Below are positions 1 to 9,325 of a stretch of 32,000 bases of DNA, piece by piece; the first letter of the stretch is position 1; every line of letters begins with the position of its first letter. Position numbers and translations under genes: made by a program. The DNA lies in the NCBI RefSeq assembly GCF_001457615.1, contig NZ_LN831024.1:1800001-1832000 (forward strand), given 5' to 3'. A model generated the notes under the pieces. That model was not told the origin of the DNA, did not search any database, and was given only the letters and a program-made list of their open reading frames with translations. Source of the stretch: Pseudomonas aeruginosa. GTDB taxonomy: Bacteria; Pseudomonadota; Gammaproteobacteria; Pseudomonadales; Pseudomonadaceae.

Positions 1-1
1 G

Positions 2-2452
2 GCGGCCCAGCAGGGTAGCCTCGAGGAAGTGTTGACGGTGGCCAGCGCGCTGTCCGTGCAGGACCCGCGCGAGCGTCCGGTGGAGCGGCAGCAGGCCGCC
101 GACCAGGCGCACGCGCAATGGAAGGACCCGGATTCCGACTTCGCCGCGCTGATCAATCTCTGGCGTGGCTTCGAGGAGCAGCGCCAGGCGCTGGGTTCCA
201 ATGCCCTGCGCAGCTGGTGCCGGAAGAACTTCCTCAACTACCTGCGCCTGCGTGAGTGGCGCGACGCCCACCGCCAACTGACCCTGATCTGCCGCGAACT
301 GAAGCTGCCGTTCGGGCGTCCGGCCAAGGCCGAGGCGCGCAAGCCGGAGGCGAAGAAAGGCGCGTCGGCCGACAACGAACGCGAGGTACCGGGGATCGAT
401 TACGCGGCGGTCCACAAAGCGATCCTGTCCGGCCTGCTCAGCCAGATCGGGCAGAAGGCCGAGGAAGGCGACTACCTCGGCGCTCGCCAGCGACGTTTCT
501 GGATCCATCCGTCCAGCGGCATCGCTCGCAAGCGCCCGCAATGGATCATGGCCGCGGAACTGGTGGAGACCACCAAGCTGTTCGCCCGAATGGTCGCGAA
601 GATCGAGCCGGACTGGCTGGAGCCGCTGGCTGGGCACCTGATCAAGACCAACCACTTCGAGCCGCACTGGGAGAAGCGTCGCGGCCAGGTGGTGGCGTTC
701 GAGCAGGTCACCCTCTACGGCCTCATCGTCATCGGTCGACGTCCGGTGCACTACGGTCCGATCGACCCGCCGGTGGCGCGCGAGCTGTTCATCCGCGAAG
801 GCCTGGTGCGCGGCGAGATCAACAGCCGCGCCAAGTGCCTGAGCGCCAACCGGCAGTTGCTGGAAAAGCTCGACGAGCTGGAAGCCAAGGCGCGCCGGCG
901 CGACATCCTGGCCGACGAGGAAACCCTGTTCGCCTATTACGACGCGCGCCTGCCGGCGGATATCTACCAGACCGCCAGTTTCGAGAAATGGTACGCCCGC
1001 GAGCGGCAGAACCAGCCGGACCTGCTGCTGATGCGCGAGGAAGACGTGCTGGCCCGTGAAGCCAGCGAAGTCACTGCGGCGCAGTACCCGGATCGCCTGC
1101 GCCTGGGCGACCTGCACCTGTCGCTGAGCTACCAGTTCGAGCCCGGCACCGCGCGCGACGGCGTCACCGTGCGGGTACCGGCGCCGCTGCTGCCGCAATT
1201 GCCGGCCGAACGCATCGACTGGCTGGTGCCCGGCCTGCTCTACGACAAGGCGGTGGCGCTGGTGCGCAACCTGCCGAAGGCGATCCGCAAGAGCTTCGTG
1301 CCGGTACCGGACTTCGTCCGCGCCGCCCTGGAGCGCATCACCTTCGGCGAAGGTTCGCTGCCGCAGGCGCTGGGCCGCGAGCTTCAGCGCATGACCGGCG
1401 TGCGGGTAGCCGACGAGGCCTGGGCCGAGGCGGCGACGCAGTTGGACGATCACCTGCGGATGAACATCGAGGTGGTCGACGCCCAGGGCAAGTTCCTCGG
1501 CGAGGGCCGCGACCTGGCCGAACTCACCGCGCGTTTCGCCGAAGCCAGCCAGGCGGCCCTGGCGATACCCCAGGCCGACAAGGAACAGCAGCGTCCGGTG
1601 GAGGCCAAGGCCTTCGCCAGCGTCGCCGAGAAGGCCCAGCAGAAGGTCGCCGGATTGTCGATGACGGTATACCCGGCGCTGGTGGAGGAGCAGGGCGAGG
1701 TCAAGGAAGGGCGCTTCCCGACCCAGGCCGAGGCCGACTACCAACACCGCCGCGCCCTGCAACGACTGCTGTTGCAGCAACTGGCCGAGCCGGCCAAGTA
1801 CCTGCGCGCCAAGCTGCCGGGGCAGACCGAGATGGGCCTGCTGTACCGCGAGCTGGGACGGGTCGAGGCGCTGGTCGAGGACATCCTCCTGGCCAGTCTC
1901 GACAGTTGCGTGCTGCAGGGCGAAAGCCTGCCGCGCGACGGCGCCGCCCTGGCCGCGCTGGCCGAGCGCAAGCGCGCTGCCTGGAACGAGCACGCCGAGC
2001 GCCTGGCACGCCTGGTGCTGGATATCCTCAAGCTCTGGCACGGCCTGCAGAAGCGCTTCAAGGGCAAGGTCGAGCTGGCCATGACCGTGCCGCTGAACGA
2101 CGTCAAGGGCCAACTGGCCAATCTGGTGTATCCGGGGTTCGTCCGCGCCACCCCGCTGGAGTGGTTGAAGGAGTATCCTCGTTACCTCAAGGCCATCGAG
2201 CAGCGCCTGGACAAGGTCGCCGGCCAGGTCCAGCGCGACCGGGTGTGGAGCGGCGAGCTGGGCGAACTCTGGGCGCAATACCAGGCGCGTCTCGCCAAGC
2301 ACGCCCAGGAAGGCAAGCGCGACGCCGAGTTGCAGGTGTATCGCTGGATGCTGGAGGAGTACCGGGTCTCGCTGTTCGCCCAGCAACTGGGAACCCGGCT
2401 GCCGGTCTCGGACAAGCGCCTGGCCAAGCAGTGGAGCCAGGTCGAGGGCTAG
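2..2452 (+). CDS. hrpA: ATP-dependent RNA helicase HrpA-type, C-terminal part (gene starts upstream of window)
   Basis: The frame is open from position 2 (AAQQGSLEEVLTVASALSVQDPRERP...). The SxQDPRERP segment and DUF3418-like C-terminus (LAKHAQEGKRDAELQVYRWMLEEYRVSLFAQQLGTRLPVSDKRL) are typical of HrpA. Confidence 0.9.
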   Translation, partial: AAQQGSLEEVLTVASALSVQDPRERPVERQQAADQAHAQWKDPDSDFAALINLWRGFEEQRQALGSNALRSWCRKNFLNYLRLREWRDAHRQLTLICRELKLPFGRPAKAEARKPEAKKGASADNEREVPGIDYAAVHKAILSGLLSQIGQKAEEGDYLGARQRRFWIHPSSGIARKRPQWIMAAELVETTKLFARMVAKIEPDWLEPLAGHLIKTNHFEPHWEKRRGQVVAFEQVTLYGLIVIGRRPVHYGPIDPPVARELFIREGLVRGEINSRAKCLSANRQLLEKLDELEAKARRRDILADEETLFAYYDARLPADIYQTASFEKWYARERQNQPDLLLMREEDVLAREASEVTAAQYPDRLRLGDLHLSLSYQFEPGTARDGVTVRVPAPLLPQLPAERIDWLVPGLLYDKAVALVRNLPKAIRKSFVPVPDFVRAALERITFGEGSLPQALGRELQRMTGVRVADEAWAEAATQLDDHLRMNIEVVDAQGKFLGEGRDLAELTARFAEASQAALAIPQADKEQQRPVEAKAFASVAEKAQQKVAGLSMTVYPALVEEQGEVKEGRFPTQAEADYQHRRALQRLLLQQLAEPAKYLRAKLPGQTEMGLLYRELGRVEALVEDILLASLDSCVLQGESLPRDGAALAALAERKRAAWNEHAERLARLVLDILKLWHGLQKRFKGKVELAMTVPLNDVKGQLANLVYPGFVRATPLEWLKEYPRYLKAIEQRLDKVAGQVQRDRVWSGELGELWAQYQARLAKHAQEGKRDAELQVYRWMLEEYRVSLFAQQLGTRLPVSDKRLAKQWSQVEG

Positions 2453-2475
2453 TTCCAGGGATACCGCGCGAAATG

Positions 2476-2511
2476 AAAAAGGCGCGCCGGTCGAAACCGG
2501 CGCGCCTTTTT
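2476..2511. terminator. Strong bidirectional Rho-independent terminator between convergent hrpA and phoA
   Basis: Perfect 16-bp stem AAAAAGGCGCGCCGGT-CGAA-ACCGGCGCGCCTTTTT, with A/T tracts on both sides. Confidence 0.93.
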
Positions 2512-2524
2512 CGTTCTGGTCCGA

Positions 2525-3955
2525 TCAGTCGCGCAGGTTCAGTGCGCGACGGATGGTGAAGAACAGGTCGGTCTGGTCGGTCAGGCCGGTGACATTGGCG
2601 GCCTGCGGGCCGTAGGCGGCGATGCGCAACTGGGTGCCGGTGTGCTCCTGGGAGCCTTCCTCGGAGTTGCCGTAGCTGATCGCCAGCGGCGCGCCGTCCT
2701 TGGTCGTGAGCAGTTGGGTCAGCCCCGGCGCGGCGGTTTCCGGCGGGATGATCTGGCTGGAGTGGGCGTGGTCGGCGGTGACGATCACCAGGGTCTCGCC
2801 ATCGGCCTTGGCGAAGGCCAGGGCCTTCTGCACGGCTTCGTCGAGGTCGACGGTCTCGCCGATCTGGCCGCACGGATTCGCGGCGTGGTCCTGCTTGTCG
2901 ATGGACGCGCCCTCGACCTGCAGGAAGAAGCCGTTCGGATTGTCCTTCAGCAGCTCGATGGCCTTGCTGGTCATTTGCGCCAGGGTCGGGATGTCGGCGG
3001 TGCGCTTCGGGTTCGCCTCGCAGCTCACCGCCGGCTGGTTCAGGTTGCCGTGGTAGGTGGCGGTCGGACCGAGCCAGCGCACCGGCATGTTGCCCGGCGC
3101 GAACAGGCCGATCAGCGGCTGCTTCTGGTTGGCGCGGCGCACGGCTTTCAGCTCGTCGAGGTTCTCGACGATCCGGTAGCCGCGGGCTTCGGCCTGGGCG
3201 CGGAGGGTCTTGCCGGCATAGCGGCCAGCCTTGGCGGTTTCCGCGAAGGTCGCGGCGCCGCCGCCGAGAACCACGTCAGGGCGGGTCTTCAGCCACTGCT
3301 CGGTGATCGAGCCGGCGCCGCCGTTCTCCAGGGCATTGCTCGGGCACTGCTTGCTGGTGGCCTCGGGACCGTAGCACTTGCGAGCGGTGACGTGGGCGAG
3401 CAGGGCGGCGGGGGTGGCGTCCTGCAGCTCGGCGGTGGAGACGTTGCCGGTGGCCTTGCCGTTGAGCTTGGCCAGCTCCAGCAGGTTGCGGTGCGGCTGT
3501 TCGTGGATATCCACGCCGATCGCGCCGTTGTACGACTTGACCCCGGTGGTCCAGGCGGTGGCGGAGGCGGCGGAATCGGTCACGTAGTCCGGCAGGCCGC
3601 TGTCCTTGTGCAGGGAGTAGTGGGTGTACTGGCCGGTCAGCGGCAGCGCATCGATACCCTTGAAGTAGCCGCCCGCGCCGCGCGCGTAGTTGCGCGCCAC
3701 GGTGATCTCGGAGTCGCCCATGCCGTCGCCGATCAGCAGGATCACGTTCTTCGCCTTCTTCTTCGACAGCGACTGCTTCAGGGCCTGGGTCAGGTCCTGC
3801 TCGACGCGCCGTGCGCCGCCGTACTCGCTGAGTTCGCCACGGGCCTGGCGGTTGAACAGCGACGGATCGTCCTGGCGCGCCTGGGCCGGCAAGGCGCTGC
3901 CGAGCACGGCCATGGAGACGGCAAGAGAGAGGGCGAGGGGATAACCTGGGGTCAT
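2525..3955 (-). CDS. phoA: Alkaline phosphatase, E. coli PhoA family, secreted
   Basis: 476 aa. Signal peptide [26 protein letters not shown], then motifs [15 protein letters not shown] and [16 protein letters not shown] (catalytic Ser region), and VTADHAHS. Confidence 0.95.
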
Positions 3956-4036
3956 GACGCATTTCCCTATGTTGAGGAGGTGGCTGTGCGAGACGGCAGG
4001 GCCATCCGGCGAGTGCTACGAAAGTAGGGAAGGGTG

Positions 4037-4054
4037 ATGACGGGCTTGTGACAA
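4037..4054 (-). promoter_or_regulatory. Candidate PHO box (PhoB site) for phoA
   Basis: Minus strand reads TTGTCAC-AAGC-CCGTCAT: two 7-mers with 4-nt spacing, against the consensus CTGTCAT-N4-CTGTCAT. It lies about 80 bp upstream of the phoA start. Confidence 0.75.
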
Positions 4055-4159
4055 TTTCTTTCGAAGTGTGTGGCGCGCGCGACGCATCACGTCGTGACGA
4101 GCGGGGAGCGAGCCGGTATGGTGCGCAGGTCTATTCCGGTTCGTTCAAGGAAAGCCTCC

Positions 4160-4597
4160 ATGAGTCTGCACGGCGTTTACGATTCCCAGAACATCTTCGC
4201 CAAGATCATTCGCGGCGAAGCTCCCTGCTACAAGGTCTACGAAGACGAGGACGTGCTCGCCTTCCTCGATCTGTTCCCGCAGTCCTACGGGCATACCCTG
4301 GTGATTCCCAAGCACGCCGAGGCGCGCAACCTGCTCGAGATCGATGCGCAGAACCTGGCCAAGGTCATGGCCGTGGTCCAGCGCCTGACCCGCGCCCTGG
4401 TCGAGGAGGTGCAGCCGGACGGCGTGCAGGTCGCCCAGTTCAACGGCGCCCCCGCCGGGCAGACGGTCTTCCACATCCATTTCCACGTCATCCCGCGCTT
4501 CAGCGGCGAGAATCTCGGCATCCATGCGGCGAAGCAGGGCGACCCGGAAGTGCTCGCACAACTTCAGGAGCGTTTGGCGCAGCGTCTGCAAGGCTGA
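4160..4597 (+). CDS. HIT family protein (histidine triad hydrolase)
   Basis: MSLHGVYDSQNIFAKIIRGEAPCYKVYEDEDVLAFLD..., with HIT motif VFHIHFHVIPRF. Start set at the internal ATG of the longer ORF. Confidence 0.93.
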   Translation: MSLHGVYDSQNIFAKIIRGEAPCYKVYEDEDVLAFLDLFPQSYGHTLVIPKHAEARNLLEIDAQNLAKVMAVVQRLTRALVEEVQPDGVQVAQFNGAPAGQTVFHIHFHVIPRFSGENLGIHAAKQGDPEVLAQLQERLAQRLQG

Positions 4598-4825
4598 TTG
4601 CGCATGGGCCGGCCCGGTTCGGGGGCGGTCCTTCGCTCGTCGGATTTTTCTGAAATATTTTGTTACATACTGTCGAGGGTCAGGCGCGCCGCGGTTTTCC
4701 GGCGATGTGCGCAACAATTTGCACAGTTTTTTTGACGTAGCATCCGCGACATCCCGCTCTTCGGAGCGACCACGGCGAACAGGGACGCCAGCCGTGCAGG
4801 TTTTTCGAGCAACAGGGGACAGCGG

Positions 4826-6892
4826 ATGTTCAACCCGGCCAACCAGACCCACTTCAGCCTCAGCCTCGACGGCCTCCGTCACGACCTGCAGGTTCTCGAA
4901 TTCAGCGGCCACGAAGGCATCAGCCGGCCCTACCGCTTCGAACTCGAACTGGTCAGCGAGCGCGCCGGCCTCGACCTCGAAGCGCTCATGCACCGGCCCG
5001 CCTTCCTCGCCTTCACCCCGCAGGGCCAGGGTGTCCACGGCCTGGTCTACGGCGCTGCCCAAGGCGATGCCGGCAAGCGCCTGACCCGCTATCGCCTCAC
5101 CCTCGTCCCACACCTGGCCTACCTCGCCCAGCGCAACAACCAGCGGATCTTCCAGCACCTCACGGTGCCGCAGATCGTCGCCCTGGTCCTCGAGGAGCAC
5201 GGCATCCTCGCCGACGCCTACCGCTTCCAGCTCGGCACCCGGTATCCCGAGCGCGAATACTGCGTGCAGTACGACGAAAGCGACCTGCATTTCGTCCAGC
5301 GCCTCTGTGCCGAAGAGGGCATCCATTTCCATTTCCGGCACAGCGCCGAGGCGCACCTGCTGGTGTTCGGCGACGACCAGACGGTGTTCCCCCGCCTGGG
5401 CCGTCCCACCGCCTACGTGCACGACAGCGGGCTGGTCGCCGACGAACCGGTGATCAAGCGCTTCAGCCTGCGCCTGGCCAGCCGCACCACGCGCACCACC
5501 CGCCGCGACTACGACTTCGAGAAGCCGCGGCTGCTGCTGGAGGCCGGCAACCGCCCCGCTGCCGACGCCCCGGCCGAGCCGGACCTGGAGGACTACGACT
5601 ACCCCGGTCGCTTCGTCGATCGCCAGCGCGGCAAGCTGCTCAGCCAGCGCGCCCTGGAGCGCCACCGCGCCGACCGGCGCCTGGGCGAAGGGGTCAGCGA
5701 CCAGCCGCTGCTGGTCAGCGGGCACTTCCTGGAGATCGCCGAGCACCCGCGCGCGGAGTGGAACGACCTGTGGCTGCTCAGCGAAGTCTTCCACGAAGGC
5801 AAGCAGCCGCAGGTGCTGGAAGAGAACGTTACCTCCGACACGTCGGCCAGCACGGACGACTTCCAGCAGGGCTACCGCAACCGCTTCCTCGCGACGCCCT
5901 GGGAGGTGTTCTTCCGCCCGCCGCTGGAGCACCCGAAGCCGCGCGTGCTGGGCAGCCAGACCGCGGTGGTGACCGGCCCGCCAGGCGAGGAAATCCACTG
6001 CGACCGCTACGGCCGGGTCAGGGTGCAGTTCCACTGGGACCGCGAGGGCCAGGGCGACGACAAGAGCAGTTGCTGGCTGCGCGTAGCCAGCGGTTGGGCC
6101 GGCAACGGCTATGGCGGCATCGTCATTCCGCGGGTCGGCATGGAAGTGCTGGTGGACTTCCTCGAAGGCGATCCCGACCAGCCGCTGGTCAGCGGCTGCG
6201 TCTACCACGCCGCCCACCCGGTGCCCTACGAGTTGCCGGCGAACCAGACCCGCAGCGTCTTCAAGAGCCTCAGCAGCCCTGGCGGCGGTGGCTACAACGA
6301 GCTGCGCATCGAGGATCGCAAGGGCCAGGAACAGATCTTCGTCCATGCCCAGCGCGACTGGGACGAGAACATCGAGCATGACCAGAAGATCCGCGTCGGC
6401 CACGAACGCCACGACACCGTGGAGGCGAACAGCTACAGCGAGTTCAAGGCCGAGGAGCATCACACCGTGCACGGAGAGCGCAAGGTCGAGCTGAAGGCCG
6501 ATGACCACCTGACGGTCGGCGACAGCCAGCACGTGAAGCTCGGTCGTGCCTACCTGGCCAGGGCCGGGCGCGAGATCCACCTGAAGGCCGGGCAGAAGAT
6601 GGTGATCGAGGCTGACAGCGAACTGACGGTGAAGGCCGGCGGCAGCTTCATCCGGCTCGACGCAAGCGGCATCGCCATCAGCGGCCCGCTGGCACGGATC
6701 AATGCAGGCGGCGCGCCGGGAAGCGGCTCGGGGATCGCGATCAAGATGCCGCGGGTGCCGGGCATGGCCGACCAGGACAGTTCCGGCGCGCCACCCGAGG
6801 CGGTCGCGGCCAACCTGCCGCCGCGGCAACCGGTCTGCGAAGAGTGCCTGCTACAGGCGAAGAAAAGAGGCCAGGCGCTCGCCGAGCGCTGA
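4826..6892 (+). CDS. vgrG4a: Type VI secretion spike protein VgrG (VgrG4a-like, H2-T6SS associated)
   Basis: 688 aa. VgrG/gp27-gp5 fold motifs (FSLSLDGLRHDLQVLEFSGHEGISRPYRFELELVSE; YCVQYDESDLHFVQRLCAEEGIHFHF; GRVRVQFHWDREGQGDDKSSCWLRVASGWAGNGYGG) and a C-terminal DUF2345-type beta region. Confidence 0.95.
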   Translation: MFNPANQTHFSLSLDGLRHDLQVLEFSGHEGISRPYRFELELVSERAGLDLEALMHRPAFLAFTPQGQGVHGLVYGAAQGDAGKRLTRYRLTLVPHLAYLAQRNNQRIFQHLTVPQIVALVLEEHGILADAYRFQLGTRYPEREYCVQYDESDLHFVQRLCAEEGIHFHFRHSAEAHLLVFGDDQTVFPRLGRPTAYVHDSGLVADEPVIKRFSLRLASRTTRTTRRDYDFEKPRLLLEAGNRPAADAPAEPDLEDYDYPGRFVDRQRGKLLSQRALERHRADRRLGEGVSDQPLLVSGHFLEIAEHPRAEWNDLWLLSEVFHEGKQPQVLEENVTSDTSASTDDFQQGYRNRFLATPWEVFFRPPLEHPKPRVLGSQTAVVTGPPGEEIHCDRYGRVRVQFHWDREGQGDDKSSCWLRVASGWAGNGYGGIVIPRVGMEVLVDFLEGDPDQPLVSGCVYHAAHPVPYELPANQTRSVFKSLSSPGGGGYNELRIEDRKGQEQIFVHAQRDWDENIEHDQKIRVGHERHDTVEANSYSEFKAEEHHTVHGERKVELKADDHLTVGDSQHVKLGRAYLARAGREIHLKAGQKMVIEADSELTVKAGGSFIRLDASGIAISGPLARINAGGAPGSGSGIAIKMPRVPGMADQDSSGAPPEAVAANLPPRQPVCEECLLQAKKRGQALAER

Positions 6893-6901
6893 GGAACCGC
6901 G

Positions 6902-7717
6902 ATGACGCCGAACCCCCGCCATTGGGCCCGCGAGCTGTGGCAGCGCTCCCGCGATCGCGGCTTGCAGACCCACATCGATGTATTGGTCGATGCCACCGGG
7001 CTGGACGACTATCCCTTGCTCGCCGAGCATGCGCGGCAAAGCGATCCTCCAGCGCTGTTCAAATTGCTGGAGCAAACCCCGGAGGCCGCCCTGGCCGACG
7101 AGGGCCCGCTGCTGCTGCGCCTGGAAGACGGCCACGCGGCCTGGCTGGACGAACTGCTCGAACGCATCGACTGCCGCCGCCACCTGATGCTCCTGTTCAG
7201 CCCCTGGCCGTTGCCGCGCCTGGGCGAGCACCTGCGCAGCTGCACCCAGGCCGAGTGGAACCAGGGCCGTTCCAGCGGCGTACTGCGTTTCTACGAGCCG
7301 GGCCTGTTCATGGCCGTCAGCGACATGCTCGATCCCCGGCAGAGCCGTTACCTGCATGCCCCGGTTTCCAGCTGGCACTGGCTGGACCGCGACGGCCGGC
7401 CGAGGGCGCTGGCCGGTCATTACCAGGCCCATGAGACGCCGCCGCTGCAAGCGGCCCTCCGCCTGGAAGCGCACCAGGTCGCTGCCTTGCGCGCCTGGAG
7501 CGAGGCCGAAGCCTACCGCCGCGAATACTTCGTGCTGCCCCGCGAGCATGGCCTGGGCAGCCAGGAAAGCCTGCTCCAGCATCTGGTCCAGGCGCACCTG
7601 GCCGCCGACCGCCAGGGCTTGCAGGACTTCGACCAGCGCGATGCCTTCGTCGCCCAATGGCTACGCGAACAGACCCCCGGCCCCGGCTTTTCCCCGGCGG
7701 GAACGAGTCGCGCATGA
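6902..7717 (+). CDS. DUF4123-domain T6SS adaptor/chaperone
   Basis: 271 aa, immediately after vgrG. DUF4123-like features: LWQRSRDRGLQTHIDVLVDATGLDDYPLLAEHARQSDPPALFKLLEQTPEAALADEGPLLLRLEDGH... and a central WHWLDRDG-type region. Position between vgrG and effector/immunity genes is typical. Confidence 0.85.
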   Translation: MTPNPRHWARELWQRSRDRGLQTHIDVLVDATGLDDYPLLAEHARQSDPPALFKLLEQTPEAALADEGPLLLRLEDGHAAWLDELLERIDCRRHLMLLFSPWPLPRLGEHLRSCTQAEWNQGRSSGVLRFYEPGLFMAVSDMLDPRQSRYLHAPVSSWHWLDRDGRPRALAGHYQAHETPPLQAALRLEAHQVAALRAWSEAEAYRREYFVLPREHGLGSQESLLQHLVQAHLAADRQGLQDFDQRDAFVAQWLREQTPGPGFSPAGTSRA

Positions 7718-8235
7718 ACGGGCGCGGCATCGGCCTTCCCGCCCTGCTTCCGGGGCCCCTGCTGGCCACGGGCTGCCAGAGCGGGCCGGACATGCTGGCG
7801 GCGCCGGTGATGGGTTACAACCATACGTCCGCGGCGATCAATTGGTTTTCGGTGAATGGGGCGGGTGGACCTCGTTTAGGCCCTTATCAGGGGGATGGTA
7901 GCCAGGTTTGTTGCGGAGTGATTCCAAAGAAGTGGAATCCAAATTTGAAAGCTGTCGTGGAATGGGAGAAAGATCCCAAACCGCACGCCGCTATAAGGCG
8001 AGATAGATATGGACGGCTGGATAAAGATGATTACTTGAGACATGCCTCAAGCTACACCCGACACAAGATGATCGTGGATATACCTAGATATAGTGAAAAA
8101 ATATGCCTGTTGCAGGAGCATTTCCTCCCGTGCGACCAGGTCGCGGTCTCAACAACCTATTACAGCCAGGGGCATCCAGAGTATCCAGATAGAAAGTATT
8201 TTCAGAAGAGAGAGCCTTCATGCAAAAGCTCTTGA
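7714..8235 (+). CDS. Tli1-like immunity lipoprotein (DUF3304), copy 1
   Basis: ATGA overlap with the upstream adaptor; lipobox-like LLATGC; conserved GYNHTSAAINWFSVNGAGGPRLGPYQGDGSQVCCGVIPKKWNPNLKAVVEWEKDP shared with the third copy. Confidence 0.85.
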   Translation: MNGRGIGLPALLPGPLLATGCQSGPDMLAAPVMGYNHTSAAINWFSVNGAGGPRLGPYQGDGSQVCCGVIPKKWNPNLKAVVEWEKDPKPHAAIRRDRYGRLDKDDYLRHASSYTRHKMIVDIPRYSEKICLLQEHFLPCDQVAVSTTYYSQGHPEYPDRKYFQKREPSCKSS

Positions 8236-8769
8236 ATGCAAAGGGGTTAAGGACACCTGATTGGCTGATTGCTTTACTGATAGGTTTTTTGTTTTTAAAA
8301 GCGTGCCAGGCAGGCCCTGATATGGTGTCTACTCCTATCGGAGGATACAACCATACTTCGGCGGCTATTAACAGATTCAGTGTAAATGGTGCTGGCGGAT
8401 TAAACCTTGGTCCATTTCAGGGGGAGCAGGGCAGGTATGTTGTGGTGTCGTTCCTAGAGTTTGGAAGTCGGGCTTGAAGGCAACCGTATAGTGGGGGGTG
8501 GTTCCTGAGCCAGGGGCTTATAAAGACTGGCCGGAAAGATATTTTCAGATGGCTGGAGAAAACGTATGAGAGAGCATGGGCTCTTGTATATTCGTCATAA
8601 GGAAGCCGTCGATATACCTCCTTGTGATAGTAAGGAGATTTGTTCGCTAAAAATACACTTTCTTCCATGTGATAAGGTTGCTACTTCAGCTGCCTGTTAT
8701 ACGCCGTTTCATCCTGAATATCCGAATAAAGGTTGCTTTGATATGAGGGGTATGTCATGCAGAAGTTGA
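8220..8769 (+). pseudogene. Decayed middle copy of the Tli1-like immunity lipoprotein gene (DUF3304), copy 2
   Basis: N-terminal ORF 8220-8477 is intact through GYNHTSAAINRFSVNGAGGLNLGPFQG. The family sequence then continues in another frame (GAGQVCCGVVPRVWKSGLKATV), meets an in-frame TAG, and resumes in a further frame as REHGLLYIRHKEAVDIPPCD...KIHFLPCDKVATSAACY. Confidence 0.85.
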
Positions 8770-9311
8770 TGAGCTTGATCTGTGTGGGAAATAAAAATTC
8801 CATTGGGCTGGTGGTTTTTCTCAGCACCTTCTTTGGGCTGGTGGCATGCCAGGCTGGGCATGAAGTGCTGTCTGCACCTATCATGGGTTACAACCATACT
8901 CCGGCGGCGATTAACGAATTTACGGTGAATGGTGCTGGCGGACCGAACTTAGGTCCTTATCAGGGAGATGGTAGTCAAGTTTGTTGTGGGGTAATTCCAA
9001 AGAGATGGAATCCAAATTTGAAAGTTATTGTGGAATGGGAGAAGGATCCAAATCCCCGTGCCGTTATAAAACGAGATAAATATGGGCGGTTGGATGAGAG
9101 TGATTATTTGAGGCATGCCTCAAGTTACACCCGTCACAAGGCGACTGTGAATGTGCCTAGGTATGATGAAAAGGTGTGCTTGCTGCAGGTGCACTTCTTG
9201 CCGTGTGACGAGGTGGCTGTTTCTACGACTTGTTATGGGCCGAATCATCCAAAATATCCTGATAAGGCCTATTTCGAGATGAGAAAGTCAACGATATGTC
9301 CGGCTAACTGA
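8757..9311 (+). CDS. tli1: Immunity lipoprotein Tli1 (DUF3304), copy 3, adjacent to effector
   Basis: 184 aa; lipobox FGLVAC; full-length family sequence GYNHTPAAINEFTVNGAGGPNLGPYQGDGSQVCCGVIPKRWNPNLKV...; directly precedes the lipase gene. Confidence 0.88.
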   Translation: MQKLMSLICVGNKNSIGLVVFLSTFFGLVACQAGHEVLSAPIMGYNHTPAAINEFTVNGAGGPNLGPYQGDGSQVCCGVIPKRWNPNLKVIVEWEKDPNPRAVIKRDKYGRLDESDYLRHASSYTRHKATVNVPRYDEKVCLLQVHFLPCDEVAVSTTCYGPNHPKYPDKAYFEMRKSTICPAN

Positions 9312-9325
9312 AGGCAGGTGGGAAG

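Noticed and set aside
2642-4027. 461-aa plus-strand ORF across phoA
   Set aside because: Antisense shadow of phoA.
4145-6829. 894-aa ORF antisense to vgrG and the HIT-family gene
   Set aside because: Composition and low-complexity content (His/Val/Leu/Ala-rich) match the mirrored codon bias of a high-GC gene; the sense strand encodes a clear VgrG.
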